The notes beneath the pieces were generated by a model, which was not told where the DNA came from, ran no database searches, and saw only the letters and a list, made by a program, of their open reading frames with translations. Made by a program: the position numbers and the translations under genes. 64,000 nt of DNA from a virus (Duplodnaviria > Caudoviricetes). Positions 45,835 to 56,399 of this stretch are shown in pieces (positions within the stretch are counted from its first letter, which is position 1; each line of letters starts with the position of its first letter). The stretch covers positions 21,428 through 85,427 of IMG/VR virus record IMGVR_UViG_3300022555_000032, one strand, 5' to 3'.

Positions 45835-47265
45835 ATGAATAATACTGGAGGACCATTAACTTATCGGGATAAACCGATTCTTGTAAATGGAGCAGCAGCA
45901 GATGATCTTGCTGTATTTACCGATACGGTGAAGACCATTAAAATGCTTAATTTCAAGAAACATGGTATTACCCTGCCCGCTAAAGAAGTAACGGGTGGAT
46001 CCTTAATTGGATCATATTCAAGATCGAAATACTATCCAGGATCTTATAAGATGGTAAACATAGTTATCAATCCGGATTGTCCTTGCGAGGATTGTAATTA
46101 CAACTATGCACTTGCTATCACTTCTGAGATTCAGAATCCTGGTGTGTTTAATTCTCAATGGGTGCCGGAAAGAAGGACTTATGCTTCATTTGTGCCAGCA
46201 ATTGGTACATGTAATGGAACAAAGCTTTCAGCAGCCGATATCCTTACCATTGAAACTGAACTGTTAAAGCAGATTCATCAGGACGATGGACGGGGGTCAT
46301 ACGATAACCTTCCTAACGCAAATGGAGGCCCTGGTGCTGTCGTTTATGCTCGTAGGTATTATATCATTGATGCTGATGAAACAGCAGACAGTGGCTTTAC
46401 AGTCACTAAAGCAGATGGTACTACCTATGTGTATTTGACCACACATTCAGGAACAACTGCAGGATTATTGGCAATTCAGTTTAATGCCAACGCCAATGTT
46501 AACACTATTCTTAACTGTATCCGTATTGGTGCAAGTAAGTACATGATCATCAGTAAAGATGAAGGTTATGTATTTACACTTGGAACATTGGTAAGTGCTA
46601 CACAGGCTGAAAGAGGAATTAACCTTCGTGCTAAGTACATCAAACTGAAATTCTATGTTAATTACGATGGTAATTTCTGTACCCATTACGGTGTTAACTG
46701 GTATGAGATTACTGATTCAGCAGCCACATTTGCTGTTGGTGGTGTTGACATGGAGTTCTATACCGATGGTGCCAAAACACTTTTAGCAGACAAACCGGCA
46801 AGTTCTCCTGGATCTATTAAACTTGTTGCTGACATCAACGGAACAACCACTGGAGTTACTACCAATGGATTCTGGGCCTCAAGTATTGTAACCGATACAA
46901 CTATTGTAATTGCTAACATCAACCAGACTCATGATTACTGGATGGCTCTTACCAATACATCAATTGCTACAGTTGGTATTACAAACTATACCGGATCAGG
47001 ATCTTTTGAAAGATTATCAATGGATGAAGTCTATCGTGAATTTTCACAGCTTCCTTTCGATGGTATCTTAAGGTCTCAGCACAGGGTTGAACTTCCATTA
47101 CTCGGATCCTACTATGATCGCTTTGTCATTACCTGTAATCAGGGAACATACGGACTTCATGGTGCTTCTCATGGCGCTGGATATCGGAGTGAGGTTATAG
47201 CTTATGTTCGAACCGATGTGGCAGATGCCTTCGAGACCCTGTTATCAGGTTCTTGGCTGGTATAA
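45835..47265 (+). CDS. Auxiliary capsid/structural protein
   Basis: 476 aa, before terminator, position of crAss auxiliary capsid gene. Confidence 0.55.
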   Translation: MNNTGGPLTYRDKPILVNGAAADDLAVFTDTVKTIKMLNFKKHGITLPAKEVTGGSLIGSYSRSKYYPGSYKMVNIVINPDCPCEDCNYNYALAITSEIQNPGVFNSQWVPERRTYASFVPAIGTCNGTKLSAADILTIETELLKQIHQDDGRGSYDNLPNANGGPGAVVYARRYYIIDADETADSGFTVTKADGTTYVYLTTHSGTTAGLLAIQFNANANVNTILNCIRIGASKYMIISKDEGYVFTLGTLVSATQAERGINLRAKYIKLKFYVNYDGNFCTHYGVNWYEITDSAATFAVGGVDMEFYTDGAKTLLADKPASSPGSIKLVADINGTTTGVTTNGFWASSIVTDTTIVIANINQTHDYWMALTNTSIATVGITNYTGSGSFERLSMDEVYREFSQLPFDGILRSQHRVELPLLGSYYDRFVITCNQGTYGLHGASHGAGYRSEVIAYVRTDVADAFETLLSGSWLV

Positions 47266-47287
47266 GTTGTCAATACTGACAGAAAAC

Positions 47288-47311
47288 AGAGGGTAGGGTT
47301 TCCTACCCTCT
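47288..47311 (+). terminator. Intrinsic terminator of capsid operon
   Basis: 10-bp stem AGAGGGTAGG/CCTACCCTCT then T-rich tract. Confidence 0.8.
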
Positions 47312-47339
47312 TATCTATTTAATCCTAATTCCTTTTCAA

Positions 47340-48038
47340 ATGGTTAAGACACTCAATACAATAGTAGATACTTTGATGGAAGAACTATCAAACTATCGTC
47401 CTACAGATGATTTCTACATTGATCCTCTTTATCTAAAGGATAAGGCTGTTGTTATTAATTGCTCATTAGTAAAGGAAGAATTCGGGGCCACTGGCAAGGT
47501 GAACGAACAGTTCTATCAAAAGATACCATGCCTTAATATAGAGTGCCTTGGAGTTGACTGTATTGTCGGTGGACTAGTAATCCACGAGGATCTTCCGATC
47601 CACAAGGCACCTATTCCGGCCCTTATGCCATTCATAGGAGATAAGGATATCATCTATCTAGGAACAAGTAATATGAAGAATAACTTCCGTAGGGTAACTA
47701 TGGGAGGTTTTCCATTTAATGAGTTCTATCATTTCACTAAAAGAAGACCAGTTTATACCATGGTAGGTAATGAGGTATTCTTAAAAGACTTGCCTACTTC
47801 CAGTATGAAGATCTTGTATATGGTTTGTATCTTGGCTGATCCAAGAAATGCCCCAGGATGGGATGATGATGTAAATATCTTTCCTACTCCTAGTCCGTTT
47901 AAACTTGAGATGCTTATCAAACAGGATATCTTTAAGTCTTATGGAGTAATGCCAGACGTATCCGATAATGCTCAGAGAGCAATGCAACAACAGAGTCCAG
48001 TACAAGCACAGCAACAGAATCAAGAAGAAGGACAATAA
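47340..48038 (+). CDS. Tail ring protein
   Basis: crAss ring pattern, ILADP motif; synteny. Confidence 0.6.
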   Translation: MVKTLNTIVDTLMEELSNYRPTDDFYIDPLYLKDKAVVINCSLVKEEFGATGKVNEQFYQKIPCLNIECLGVDCIVGGLVIHEDLPIHKAPIPALMPFIGDKDIIYLGTSNMKNNFRRVTMGGFPFNEFYHFTKRRPVYTMVGNEVFLKDLPTSSMKILYMVCILADPRNAPGWDDDVNIFPTPSPFKLEMLIKQDIFKSYGVMPDVSDNAQRAMQQQSPVQAQQQNQEEGQ

Positions 48039-48283
48039 TGAGTAGAATTCACGATATTATCAATGGATGGAGTCATGTTATCTGGCCTATACCTGAAGCT
48101 GAAGAGAAAGCTAAAGTAAGATTATCTATCTGTCTTCAATGTGAAATGCTTGGTAAGAAACCTTTCGAATATTGCAGACTATGTAATTGTCCTATCGATG
48201 CAAAGGTTAGGGCCTTTACCTTAACCAATGCTTGTAAGATAGGTAAATGGAAAGCTGAACCATTAACATCTATATCAACATGA
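48038..48283 (+). CDS. Small Cys-rich protein
   Basis: RL.IC..C...C..C.C...K.....C...KW. Confidence 0.7.
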   Translation: MSRIHDIINGWSHVIWPIPEAEEKAKVRLSICLQCEMLGKKPFEYCRLCNCPIDAKVRAFTLTNACKIGKWKAEPLTSIST

Positions 48284-48753
48284 TAGGATACATCCAAATG
48301 ATGGAAACCTGGAAGGCACCTGATAATAAGATCTTCATCTTTAGTCAGGTTTTTCCATTTTATGTAATAGGTCCAGCTTCTACAGATTATCCTAAAGGTT
48401 ATTGGTTTTGTATTGAAGGAGAGAAAGCTTATAAGGTTCCAATGGAAGTAGCTGCAGTGGCAAATAAGAAGTTCTCCAAGGAGAATAAGACCATGGAGCA
48501 ACGATGGATCGACTTATTGACGATCGATGCTTATACGGACTCTAATGGAGTCTTTGACCTTGTTTCTGCAGTTAAGGACTTCTATGGATTTGATATCAAG
48601 TCAAAGCCATTCGGAGATCAAACAGATTACGAAATATCGCTAGAATTAATCAATAAAATCCTAGAAAGAGAAAGAGATGATAACCCCGAGGTTTCGCAAG
48701 ACGTACGGGAAACAAGTTCGACTGAGGTACACTCAGTTGATGAATCCGTATGA
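48280..48753 (+). CDS. Hypothetical protein
   Basis: ORF in tail operon. Confidence 0.7.
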   Translation: MIGYIQMMETWKAPDNKIFIFSQVFPFYVIGPASTDYPKGYWFCIEGEKAYKVPMEVAAVANKKFSKENKTMEQRWIDLLTIDAYTDSNGVFDLVSAVKDFYGFDIKSKPFGDQTDYEISLELINKILERERDDNPEVSQDVRETSSTEVHSVDESV

Positions 48754-49192
48754 TGCTAAAGAGGCAAAAGTATTTGATGAAAAACTAACAAAACTTTTAA
48801 GGAATTATTTTAATCATACTGGTAAAAAGGGAGGAAAAAGAGAAAGAGAGAGATTCAAAAGAATGATTATTATCTCGTTCTGGATAGAAGTTACCAGGCA
48901 GATGATTGAAGAGAATAAAGCTTTTGAGTTTAATAACCACATGATTAGAATATCAATAGCAAGATTACCAATAGGAAAAGATGGTCAGTTGTATAAACTG
49001 ATGAATTCAAAAAAGAGAAATGTAGTTTTTACTTCTCTTGCATATAAGAAAGAACAGGTTTTCCTTAGCATAAGACTCAATCAAAGAAACAAGAGACATT
49101 TAATATCAGAACTTTACAAAGGTCATACCTACGATATAGGGAAACCAAAATTCAACAACCATGGCAGTAGTAGACAATCAAAAGTATCTTGA
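48740..49192 (+). CDS. Basic protein, possibly IHF/HU-like
   Basis: Highly basic; position of crAss IHF-like genes; start moved to MNPYD. Confidence 0.45.
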   Translation: MNPYDAKEAKVFDEKLTKLLRNYFNHTGKKGGKRERERFKRMIIISFWIEVTRQMIEENKAFEFNNHMIRISIARLPIGKDGQLYKLMNSKKRNVVFTSLAYKKEQVFLSIRLNQRNKRHLISELYKGHTYDIGKPKFNNHGSSRQSKVS

Positions 49193-50132
49193 CTATCAGT
49201 TCATCATTCCTAAAGTCTCCCGGGCAGTAAAAGAACTAGGAATCATTGTAATTAAAGAAGATATTGCAGAATGGTGTTCTGAATGTGAGATAGATTATAT
49301 TGCTCAGGAACAATGGATGGTTAAATACATTCGAATACCATTACGAGTCATAAATGGTTATGCCAAGTTACCATGTAATGTTTACCGGATCCTTGATGTC
49401 TATAATGGTTACTCCTGGATCAACTATGAAACTGATGGATCATTCATAAAGCTTCATCCTAGTTACAACCATCCTTATATCTTCATTAACTTCTGGGGAA
49501 TACCGATCAACGAAGAAGGAATACCTTATATTCTAAAAGGTCATGAACAGGCTTGCGAAGCTTTCTGTATCTGGAAATTAGTCTATCCTTTTTGGATAGC
49601 TGGCAAGATGCAGGCACAGATCTATAAGGATATTGAAGACAGATTAGATATCCAGGTACAAGCTGCAAAGAATGGTTATCGACATAAGGATCGTGAAACC
49701 GTTAATCATATGATGATGATATTTGGTAATATGGTTCCCAAGATTGGATCATTAACACTTTACCATCAAGCCTTCGTAGACTTCGGAGAAGGATCATTAG
49801 AGAGCGTACAGGGCATTGGAACATCTCCAAGGGAAGAAACCTTCACCGATGAAGAGAACAACGCTAATACGCATTGTAATACATCTAAAACAAAAGAAGA
49901 AATGATCTGTGTTAAAGTAGAAAACGTAACCTACGGAATAGGTCGTGAACAATTCATAGCAACTCAAGATCAAGTTTCCTTTACAGTTAAGGATTCCATT
50001 AAACTAAATAGTAACTGTATGCTTATAAGAAGAGGATCTATGCAAGATTCTTCTTCTTACACAATACAAGGACAAGTTATTACATTGCTTGTTCCATGTG
50101 ATGAAGGTGATGTAATCATAGTAATCAACTAA
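49161..50132 (+). CDS. Tail ring protein with extra C-terminal beta domain
   Basis: Ring-like N-part (LPCNVYRILDV); C-terminal FIATQDQVSFTV...YTI.G..ITL..P...GDVI. Confidence 0.6.
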   Translation: MAVVDNQKYLDYQFIIPKVSRAVKELGIIVIKEDIAEWCSECEIDYIAQEQWMVKYIRIPLRVINGYAKLPCNVYRILDVYNGYSWINYETDGSFIKLHPSYNHPYIFINFWGIPINEEGIPYILKGHEQACEAFCIWKLVYPFWIAGKMQAQIYKDIEDRLDIQVQAAKNGYRHKDRETVNHMMMIFGNMVPKIGSLTLYHQAFVDFGEGSLESVQGIGTSPREETFTDEENNANTHCNTSKTKEEMICVKVENVTYGIGREQFIATQDQVSFTVKDSIKLNSNCMLIRRGSMQDSSSYTIQGQVITLLVPCDEGDVIIVIN

Positions 50133-50143
50133 TAATTAAACAA

Positions 50144-52225
50144 ATGAAAAAAACATTTCTTTTATTCCTATTACTATTAACTCTTATCTTACATGCAGGA
50201 GATATATCCTGGATTGGTGTTAATACTATCCATGAAAGATTTAACCAGACACTATCAGTAAATAGATATGTTATAATCAATGATAGTTGTAGATCTGGAA
50301 TATTCGTGTTCTATAGGTTAAGCCACAAGGTAGATCCTACTGATTCAATGACTACTGTATTCAGAAATAGATGGTATGAAAGATTTGCTTCTCCATACAA
50401 CACATACATATCAAACTATGCACTAAAAACATATGCTGATTCTATTGGTAATAGTAGCGCTTGGATTCACAATACAAACAAAACCATTCTAAGAAACATT
50501 AATGATAAGGTAGGAATAGGAACTAATACTCCTGATTCTACATTAACAGTTATTGGTAGTGGTAGATTTTCAAAAAATATTAAGGTTAATGGAATAACAG
50601 TGGGATCTGGTGTAGCAACTTATGGAGGAAGTACCATTTTAGGGACATCAGTAAAAGATCCTGTGGGACCTTATAATACATATATTGGATTTTATAGTGG
50701 TAACTCTTCTACTGGCGGTGCTTATAATACCGGAGTAGGTCCCTATACTTTTCAATACAATACCACAGGTAGATATAATATAGCAGTTGGGCATCAGGCA
50801 CTTTGGTCAAATAGAACGGGAAATGGAAATACAGCAATTGGGTATGCAGCAGGAACCAATTATTCTGGAAATGCTAATACTGCGATTGGGTATTGGTCAA
50901 TGATTTCATCCCATGCAGGTGAAAATAATACTGCGATTGGATATTGGTCATTAAAATCGCTTTATAATGGATCAAATAATATAGGAATAGGATACGGTAG
51001 TTTATATAATTTAATAAATGCAAATCACAATATTGGAATTGGATATTATGCTTTATTTGAACATTTAACAGGCGAAGAAAATACTGCAATAGGCGATCAA
51101 GCATTATATAGTTTATCAAACGGTACTGGAAATACAGCATTAGGATATAATGCGTGTGTTGGTGGTAGATCAGGCTCAAATCCTAACTTTAATGGTAGTT
51201 ATAATACTGTTGTTGGACATCGTGCAGTAAATGAAATAACCACAGGAAGTGGTAATACAGTAATGGGTAATGCTGCTTGTCTTGAAATCCAAACAGGAAG
51301 CTATAACATATTTGTAGGTGATAGTGCTGGAACAGTGTGGCCTTATGTTTCAATGATTTCTGGAAACTATAACATTGGTATAGGTAAATACTCACTAAGC
51401 CAACCAAATGGAAGTTCAAATAATATAGCCATTGGATTAAGAGCAGGTAAATTACATTCATCTGGTAATGGTAATATTTATATAGGAGATAGCGCAGGAT
51501 CGGTTTATACAACTGAAACAGGTAAGGCGTATTTGTTTGCAAAAGACAGTACTTCTAACGGTATTATCTTTGATAAGTACAAGGGTTATGGTAACTGGAA
51601 TGGTGCATTCTTATCTAAGGACACCCTTGGTTCCGGATGGACATTATCAAATTTAAGTACGGGTTCGACGATGTTGTGGTATCCTAAAAAAGCATCATTC
51701 AGAGTTGGATTCATTGACACTCCATCATGGAATAATGATAGTACTGGCGTTGGGTCAATAGGACTTGGTATTAATCCAAAAGCAAAAGGACTGGGTGCTG
51801 TATCGTTTTCCAATGGTAATGCAAGTGGAGATTATTCGTTTGCGGGAAGTGATGGGAAGTCTCCCGGGTATGAATCATTTTCATGGGGTAATTGTATTGC
51901 CAATTCATCTTATGGGATTGCTATTGGAAATTGGAATATTGGTGGTGGTAATCCTTTCTCGGGTGCATGGATTGCTACTGATCCTTTATTTGAAATAGGT
52001 AATGGTACATCAACAGGGGCCAAATCAAATGCTCTTACTGTTTATAAGAATGGAAATACAATTATATCTGGTACAGTTACCGTTCCTGCGTTAATAATTA
52101 CTCCTTCCGACACAACCGGATATGGAATCCCTGCAAACGTAGGAATGTTAAAGTATCAATCATCAAACGATTCTCTTTATGTATTTAAGAAAGATCATTA
52201 TTGGCATCAGATAAAAACAGATTAA
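50144..52225 (+). CDS. Tail fibre/YadA-head-like repeat protein with signal peptide
   Basis: MKKTFLLFLLLLTLILHA; KVGIGTNTP; about 20 N(T/I)(A/G)IG repeats. Confidence 0.7.
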   Translation: MKKTFLLFLLLLTLILHAGDISWIGVNTIHERFNQTLSVNRYVIINDSCRSGIFVFYRLSHKVDPTDSMTTVFRNRWYERFASPYNTYISNYALKTYADSIGNSSAWIHNTNKTILRNINDKVGIGTNTPDSTLTVIGSGRFSKNIKVNGITVGSGVATYGGSTILGTSVKDPVGPYNTYIGFYSGNSSTGGAYNTGVGPYTFQYNTTGRYNIAVGHQALWSNRTGNGNTAIGYAAGTNYSGNANTAIGYWSMISSHAGENNTAIGYWSLKSLYNGSNNIGIGYGSLYNLINANHNIGIGYYALFEHLTGEENTAIGDQALYSLSNGTGNTALGYNACVGGRSGSNPNFNGSYNTVVGHRAVNEITTGSGNTVMGNAACLEIQTGSYNIFVGDSAGTVWPYVSMISGNYNIGIGKYSLSQPNGSSNNIAIGLRAGKLHSSGNGNIYIGDSAGSVYTTETGKAYLFAKDSTSNGIIFDKYKGYGNWNGAFLSKDTLGSGWTLSNLSTGSTMLWYPKKASFRVGFIDTPSWNNDSTGVGSIGLGINPKAKGLGAVSFSNGNASGDYSFAGSDGKSPGYESFSWGNCIANSSYGIAIGNWNIGGGNPFSGAWIATDPLFEIGNGTSTGAKSNALTVYKNGNTIISGTVTVPALIITPSDTTGYGIPANVGMLKYQSSNDSLYVFKKDHYWHQIKTD

Positions 52226-55200
52226 TGAAGGCACTAAATACTTTTACCGGAGGGATAATCTCAGACATTGATTATTCGGAAGTTAAACCTAACCAGACTG
52301 TTTTCCCAACGTCTGGTTTTCGGGTTTTTAATAAGGATGGAAAAGGATTCATAGCTACATTGGTTCCTGGTAATGTTAACTACTTCAATGTAACTGATGG
52401 ATTTGTTATCCTTGGTGCTTGTGAATACAATGGAATAGGATTCATCTTATCTTACAATCCTCAGACTGGTTATTCTGAAATAGGGTCTTTCCCTTCTCCG
52501 GAACTTATTACTCCCGGGTTCAATAAGATCTATAAACCTTTAAAGAACTTTTCTGTAGCTGGTGGTCCAGCTGCAGACTTTAGGACTAAACTTCTGAACT
52601 TTGATCTTGAGTATATTCTTGATGTTAAAGCAAAGGTCTCTTATGACAACTCAGTAGATATCTATTTTGCTGATTATAAAAATACAGATAAGGTTGTTAA
52701 TTGCGGATTCAAATTAACAGGAGAAAGCAATAACCGGATTATAAAGGATTCTTATTTTAATGGAAGGATAGATCATATTGTATCAAGTCTTAAACCATTA
52801 AATGTTGCTCCTACTATTAACATTGGAGGATCACTTCAGCCAGGGAACTACTTTCTATATATCAGATATCTTACCGATGATTATGTAAAGACAAATTTCG
52901 TAAAGGAAGTTGGTCCTATATCCATCTCAAGAGGAACCATGTTGTATAATCATAGTGGTCTTCAGGAAAAGGAATGGATTATTCAACAGGTACTTACTAC
53001 TGATAAGAAAATACAACTTCAGCTATCCAATGTTGATACCAGTTATACTTATATTCAAGTAGGAGTTATTCGTTATTCAAATCTTAGCGAGAATGCTCCA
53101 GCTACTAAAGATTCATATCTTGTAGATAAATATTTTGTAATCGATCCAAACAGCCCTAATCTTTCGCTAGAGATCACTGGAATAGAATCAAGGCAACTAC
53201 TCACCTTTGACGAGATCGTTACTCCTATCAATCCATATAAGGTATCAAGGTCAAGAACACAGGTCAACAAGAGACTCCTTCGTGCTAATCTTAAGAAAAT
53301 TGATATTGGTATTTATCGGGATAAGTTTAGAGACTTTGCACAGTTGATTAGAGTAACAGAAGATTATAATAAGCAATTCAATCTTGACAGGCCATTTACA
53401 GACTATGTAGGAAATAGAGTTGTAGATGATTATTCTAATGATCAATTCTGTTTCAACTTTACTGGATACTTCAAGGAACAGATCTATCCATTTGGAATAG
53501 TACTCCAATTTACAGATGGAACCGAATCAGAAGCATATCCAGTACAGGGGAATATAGGAACCGGATCTAATGGACTCTATAAATTCAGATCGTGGGAAGA
53601 AGTTCAACAGAGTCAAGGTAATACTATCAATAGAAGCTGGATTACTTATGTTCGTTTTCAAACCGGAATTGCTCCAATAGGATCATTATCAGCTAGAGAT
53701 TATTGGGATCAACATAGAACAACCTATTTCAAAGATGTAGTAGGATTCTATTTTGTTCGTGGTGAAAGAATTGATAATTTTATCTGTCAAGGATTAATGC
53801 TTCATGCCTATCATGGTATAAAGGCTATAATAAACGCTACTGATTTTATTTGTTCGTTTTCCGCTCCTCAAGGACATCAGGGAAGTTCTAATAATACAAC
53901 TGAGTGGGATCCAACAAATGGTGCAGAAATACCTTTATTTAGAGGTGCATTACCTACTGCATATGAACTCGCAAGACCAGGAGTAACAGATGAAATTAAT
54001 TATTATGTAGCCTCTGATTATCAGTACCATTTTAATGGAACTATACCTACTTCTTTACCAGGAGATCCAGTAAATAATTCTGGATATACTCTTCCTGGTA
54101 GAATACCATATAATGCACTAGGAGTAACTCAGCCGGATATGTTTACATCAACAAATCAATATGATCATAGACATGGTTTGTTTTCTCCTGATATGTTGTT
54201 TGAACTTACTAATCCAGTTGTACCCGAAGAAACATATGTTCAACCAATCTTCTCAATATTTAATGTTAATGATGTTAATGGTTTAAATGATCTTTTAACT
54301 CAAGCATCAAGAACAGTATTTCCTAAATGGGATATACTTGACATTGGTAAACTTCCACCTAGGCTTTATACAAAAAACAATGGATACATTAATGACTATG
54401 TTAAAGTTAAATCAATTGTAGTTAATCATAATGCTCCTAAAGGAAAGTATAATTTTATCGGATACTTTTCTGGTTATGATTATCCATTAGGGTTTAATAT
54501 GAATAGTCAATATAAAAACAGAAACATAGGAGTCTGCAGATATGTTGGTATTCAGGATGAAGATCCATTTCAATTAAAGAACTTATATCGATTTAGCACT
54601 ACTCATAATAATGAAACATTAAGTATTGTAAATCAATTAAAATATCCAGTTAATCAAAACTTTATAACCCAAGTAGATAATTCTTTTAATGTTGGTACTA
54701 CTTTCTATGGGAAAATTAGTTCATTAGTGATTCTTGATAATAGCAATATTTACAATTTTGATTATTATAAAGGAGATTGTTTCCTTCAAAAAACATGGTT
54801 TAGAAGTCATAGGTGGTATGCTATTGATCATCCAGATCAATTAGAATATTTTCCAGCCGGATCAAGTCAACAAGGTGAGTACATCCTTTATAGAGATCAG
54901 AATGGTGTTTGGTATCAGCATGGATTAATGATTGGTGTACTTACCGAGATGGTTCATAACTCAGGAATGAGAAATGAAGTATCTGTTATAAATGACAAAG
55001 AAGAACCAGTAGTCTATACATTCTTTCCTAAATGCCTTGATTACGGAATAGAACCAGTGGTCTTTACTTTAATGAATGATGGTAGATATCTTCAGGAAGC
55101 TTTACAGGTAAACGATGGATACAACATTACTCTTTCTCGTAACTCTTATAAGGGATACGAACCTACTGAGCCAGAAAGGGATTTAAGAAAGCCAAATCGT

Positions 55201-56388
55201 GTTGATGCCAGTGATGTTCATATCCCGGGATCCTTTATAGATGGTTATCGTAATATATCTGCCGGAACCTTTCAGGACTATGCTCTTGAAGATGGAGATA
55301 TCTATTACATTGGAGAAGTAATGAATATGCCTTTCATAGTTCAACGTAATGGTATCAATCAAATATTTACTGATGAACGATCATTAGGCCAAGGTGAAGG
55401 CGATACAGTTATTCTTGGAATGTCTCAGAACTTCTTTTCTCCAAAGCCAATTAAGATTGCTTCATATGGTACTCAGCATAAATCATCCGTTGTGAAAGGA
55501 TTTAGTTGGTACCATGGCTTTGATTTCCAAAAGAGGGTCTGGTGGATCATTGGAGAAGGACAGTCTCCTGTAGGCGCTAAAATCATCAAAACAGAAGACG
55601 TTACCTTGAAGTTATTAGTCCTTGATGAATTCATTGCATTCCTTGATCAGTACTCAAAGGATTCAACCAATATTGATATACTGGAAGACAAACCATTACT
55701 TGGAAAAGGTATTACATCTTATTACGATCCTCAGTTCAAAGAAGTAGGAATGTCATTCTTCGTTCCTTCATCAGTACCAGGTGAAGAAATCTTATTAAGG
55801 ACATATATCTTTAACGAGAAGATGCAAATGTTCTGGGGTAACTATCCTTTTGTAGAACCTTTCTATTTCAACATAGGTAATCTTCTTTTAAGTCAACATC
55901 ATAGATTTGTAGAAGGTCAACAGAAATCATTGGACTTTGTAACAGATAATGATGTTTACAAATACAATCAGGAACTATCTCTTTCTGGACAATCGAACTA
56001 TAATACATTCTTTGGTACTGAATATGAAGCAAAGCTTTCTTTTATAACTACTGGATATGACGAGAAAGAGAATCTTGCTAAGTATAAGAAGATGTTTAAT
56101 GCTCAAGCAATTGAAGCAAAGGACGAACAATTATTAAGAATTGAATTTGAAACTCAATATCAAAGGTCTATCTTTGATTTTCAAACAACCAAGTTCTGGA
56201 TCAAACCGGAATACAAATCTCATACCTGGTTATATTCAGTTACTAAACAGACTTCTTTAACAAACGATCAATACTCTCAAGGAAGTGAAATGATGGGATT
56301 TTGGTTAAAGACAACACTAGTTTATAAAGGAAACAAGGATCCTGAGATTAAGATAGTAGCAACAGACTTTACAGTAATAAGCATTTAA
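52225..56388 (+). CDS. Tail muzzle/stabilisation protein
   Basis: NTFTGG..SD start, 1387 aa, crAss synteny; start moved to MKALN. Confidence 0.8.
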   Translation: MKALNTFTGGIISDIDYSEVKPNQTVFPTSGFRVFNKDGKGFIATLVPGNVNYFNVTDGFVILGACEYNGIGFILSYNPQTGYSEIGSFPSPELITPGFNKIYKPLKNFSVAGGPAADFRTKLLNFDLEYILDVKAKVSYDNSVDIYFADYKNTDKVVNCGFKLTGESNNRIIKDSYFNGRIDHIVSSLKPLNVAPTINIGGSLQPGNYFLYIRYLTDDYVKTNFVKEVGPISISRGTMLYNHSGLQEKEWIIQQVLTTDKKIQLQLSNVDTSYTYIQVGVIRYSNLSENAPATKDSYLVDKYFVIDPNSPNLSLEITGIESRQLLTFDEIVTPINPYKVSRSRTQVNKRLLRANLKKIDIGIYRDKFRDFAQLIRVTEDYNKQFNLDRPFTDYVGNRVVDDYSNDQFCFNFTGYFKEQIYPFGIVLQFTDGTESEAYPVQGNIGTGSNGLYKFRSWEEVQQSQGNTINRSWITYVRFQTGIAPIGSLSARDYWDQHRTTYFKDVVGFYFVRGERIDNFICQGLMLHAYHGIKAIINATDFICSFSAPQGHQGSSNNTTEWDPTNGAEIPLFRGALPTAYELARPGVTDEINYYVASDYQYHFNGTIPTSLPGDPVNNSGYTLPGRIPYNALGVTQPDMFTSTNQYDHRHGLFSPDMLFELTNPVVPEETYVQPIFSIFNVNDVNGLNDLLTQASRTVFPKWDILDIGKLPPRLYTKNNGYINDYVKVKSIVVNHNAPKGKYNFIGYFSGYDYPLGFNMNSQYKNRNIGVCRYVGIQDEDPFQLKNLYRFSTTHNNETLSIVNQLKYPVNQNFITQVDNSFNVGTTFYGKISSLVILDNSNIYNFDYYKGDCFLQKTWFRSHRWYAIDHPDQLEYFPAGSSQQGEYILYRDQNGVWYQHGLMIGVLTEMVHNSGMRNEVSVINDKEEPVVYTFFPKCLDYGIEPVVFTLMNDGRYLQEALQVNDGYNITLSRNSYKGYEPTEPERDLRKPNRVDASDVHIPGSFIDGYRNISAGTFQDYALEDGDIYYIGEVMNMPFIVQRNGINQIFTDERSLGQGEGDTVILGMSQNFFSPKPIKIASYGTQHKSSVVKGFSWYHGFDFQKRVWWIIGEGQSPVGAKIIKTEDVTLKLLVLDEFIAFLDQYSKDSTNIDILEDKPLLGKGITSYYDPQFKEVGMSFFVPSSVPGEEILLRTYIFNEKMQMFWGNYPFVEPFYFNIGNLLLSQHHRFVEGQQKSLDFVTDNDVYKYNQELSLSGQSNYNTFFGTEYEAKLSFITTGYDEKENLAKYKKMFNAQAIEAKDEQLLRIEFETQYQRSIFDFQTTKFWIKPEYKSHTWLYSVTKQTSLTNDQYSQGSEMMGFWLKTTLVYKGNKDPEIKIVATDFTVISI

Positions 56389-56399
56389 TACTTTTTGTT

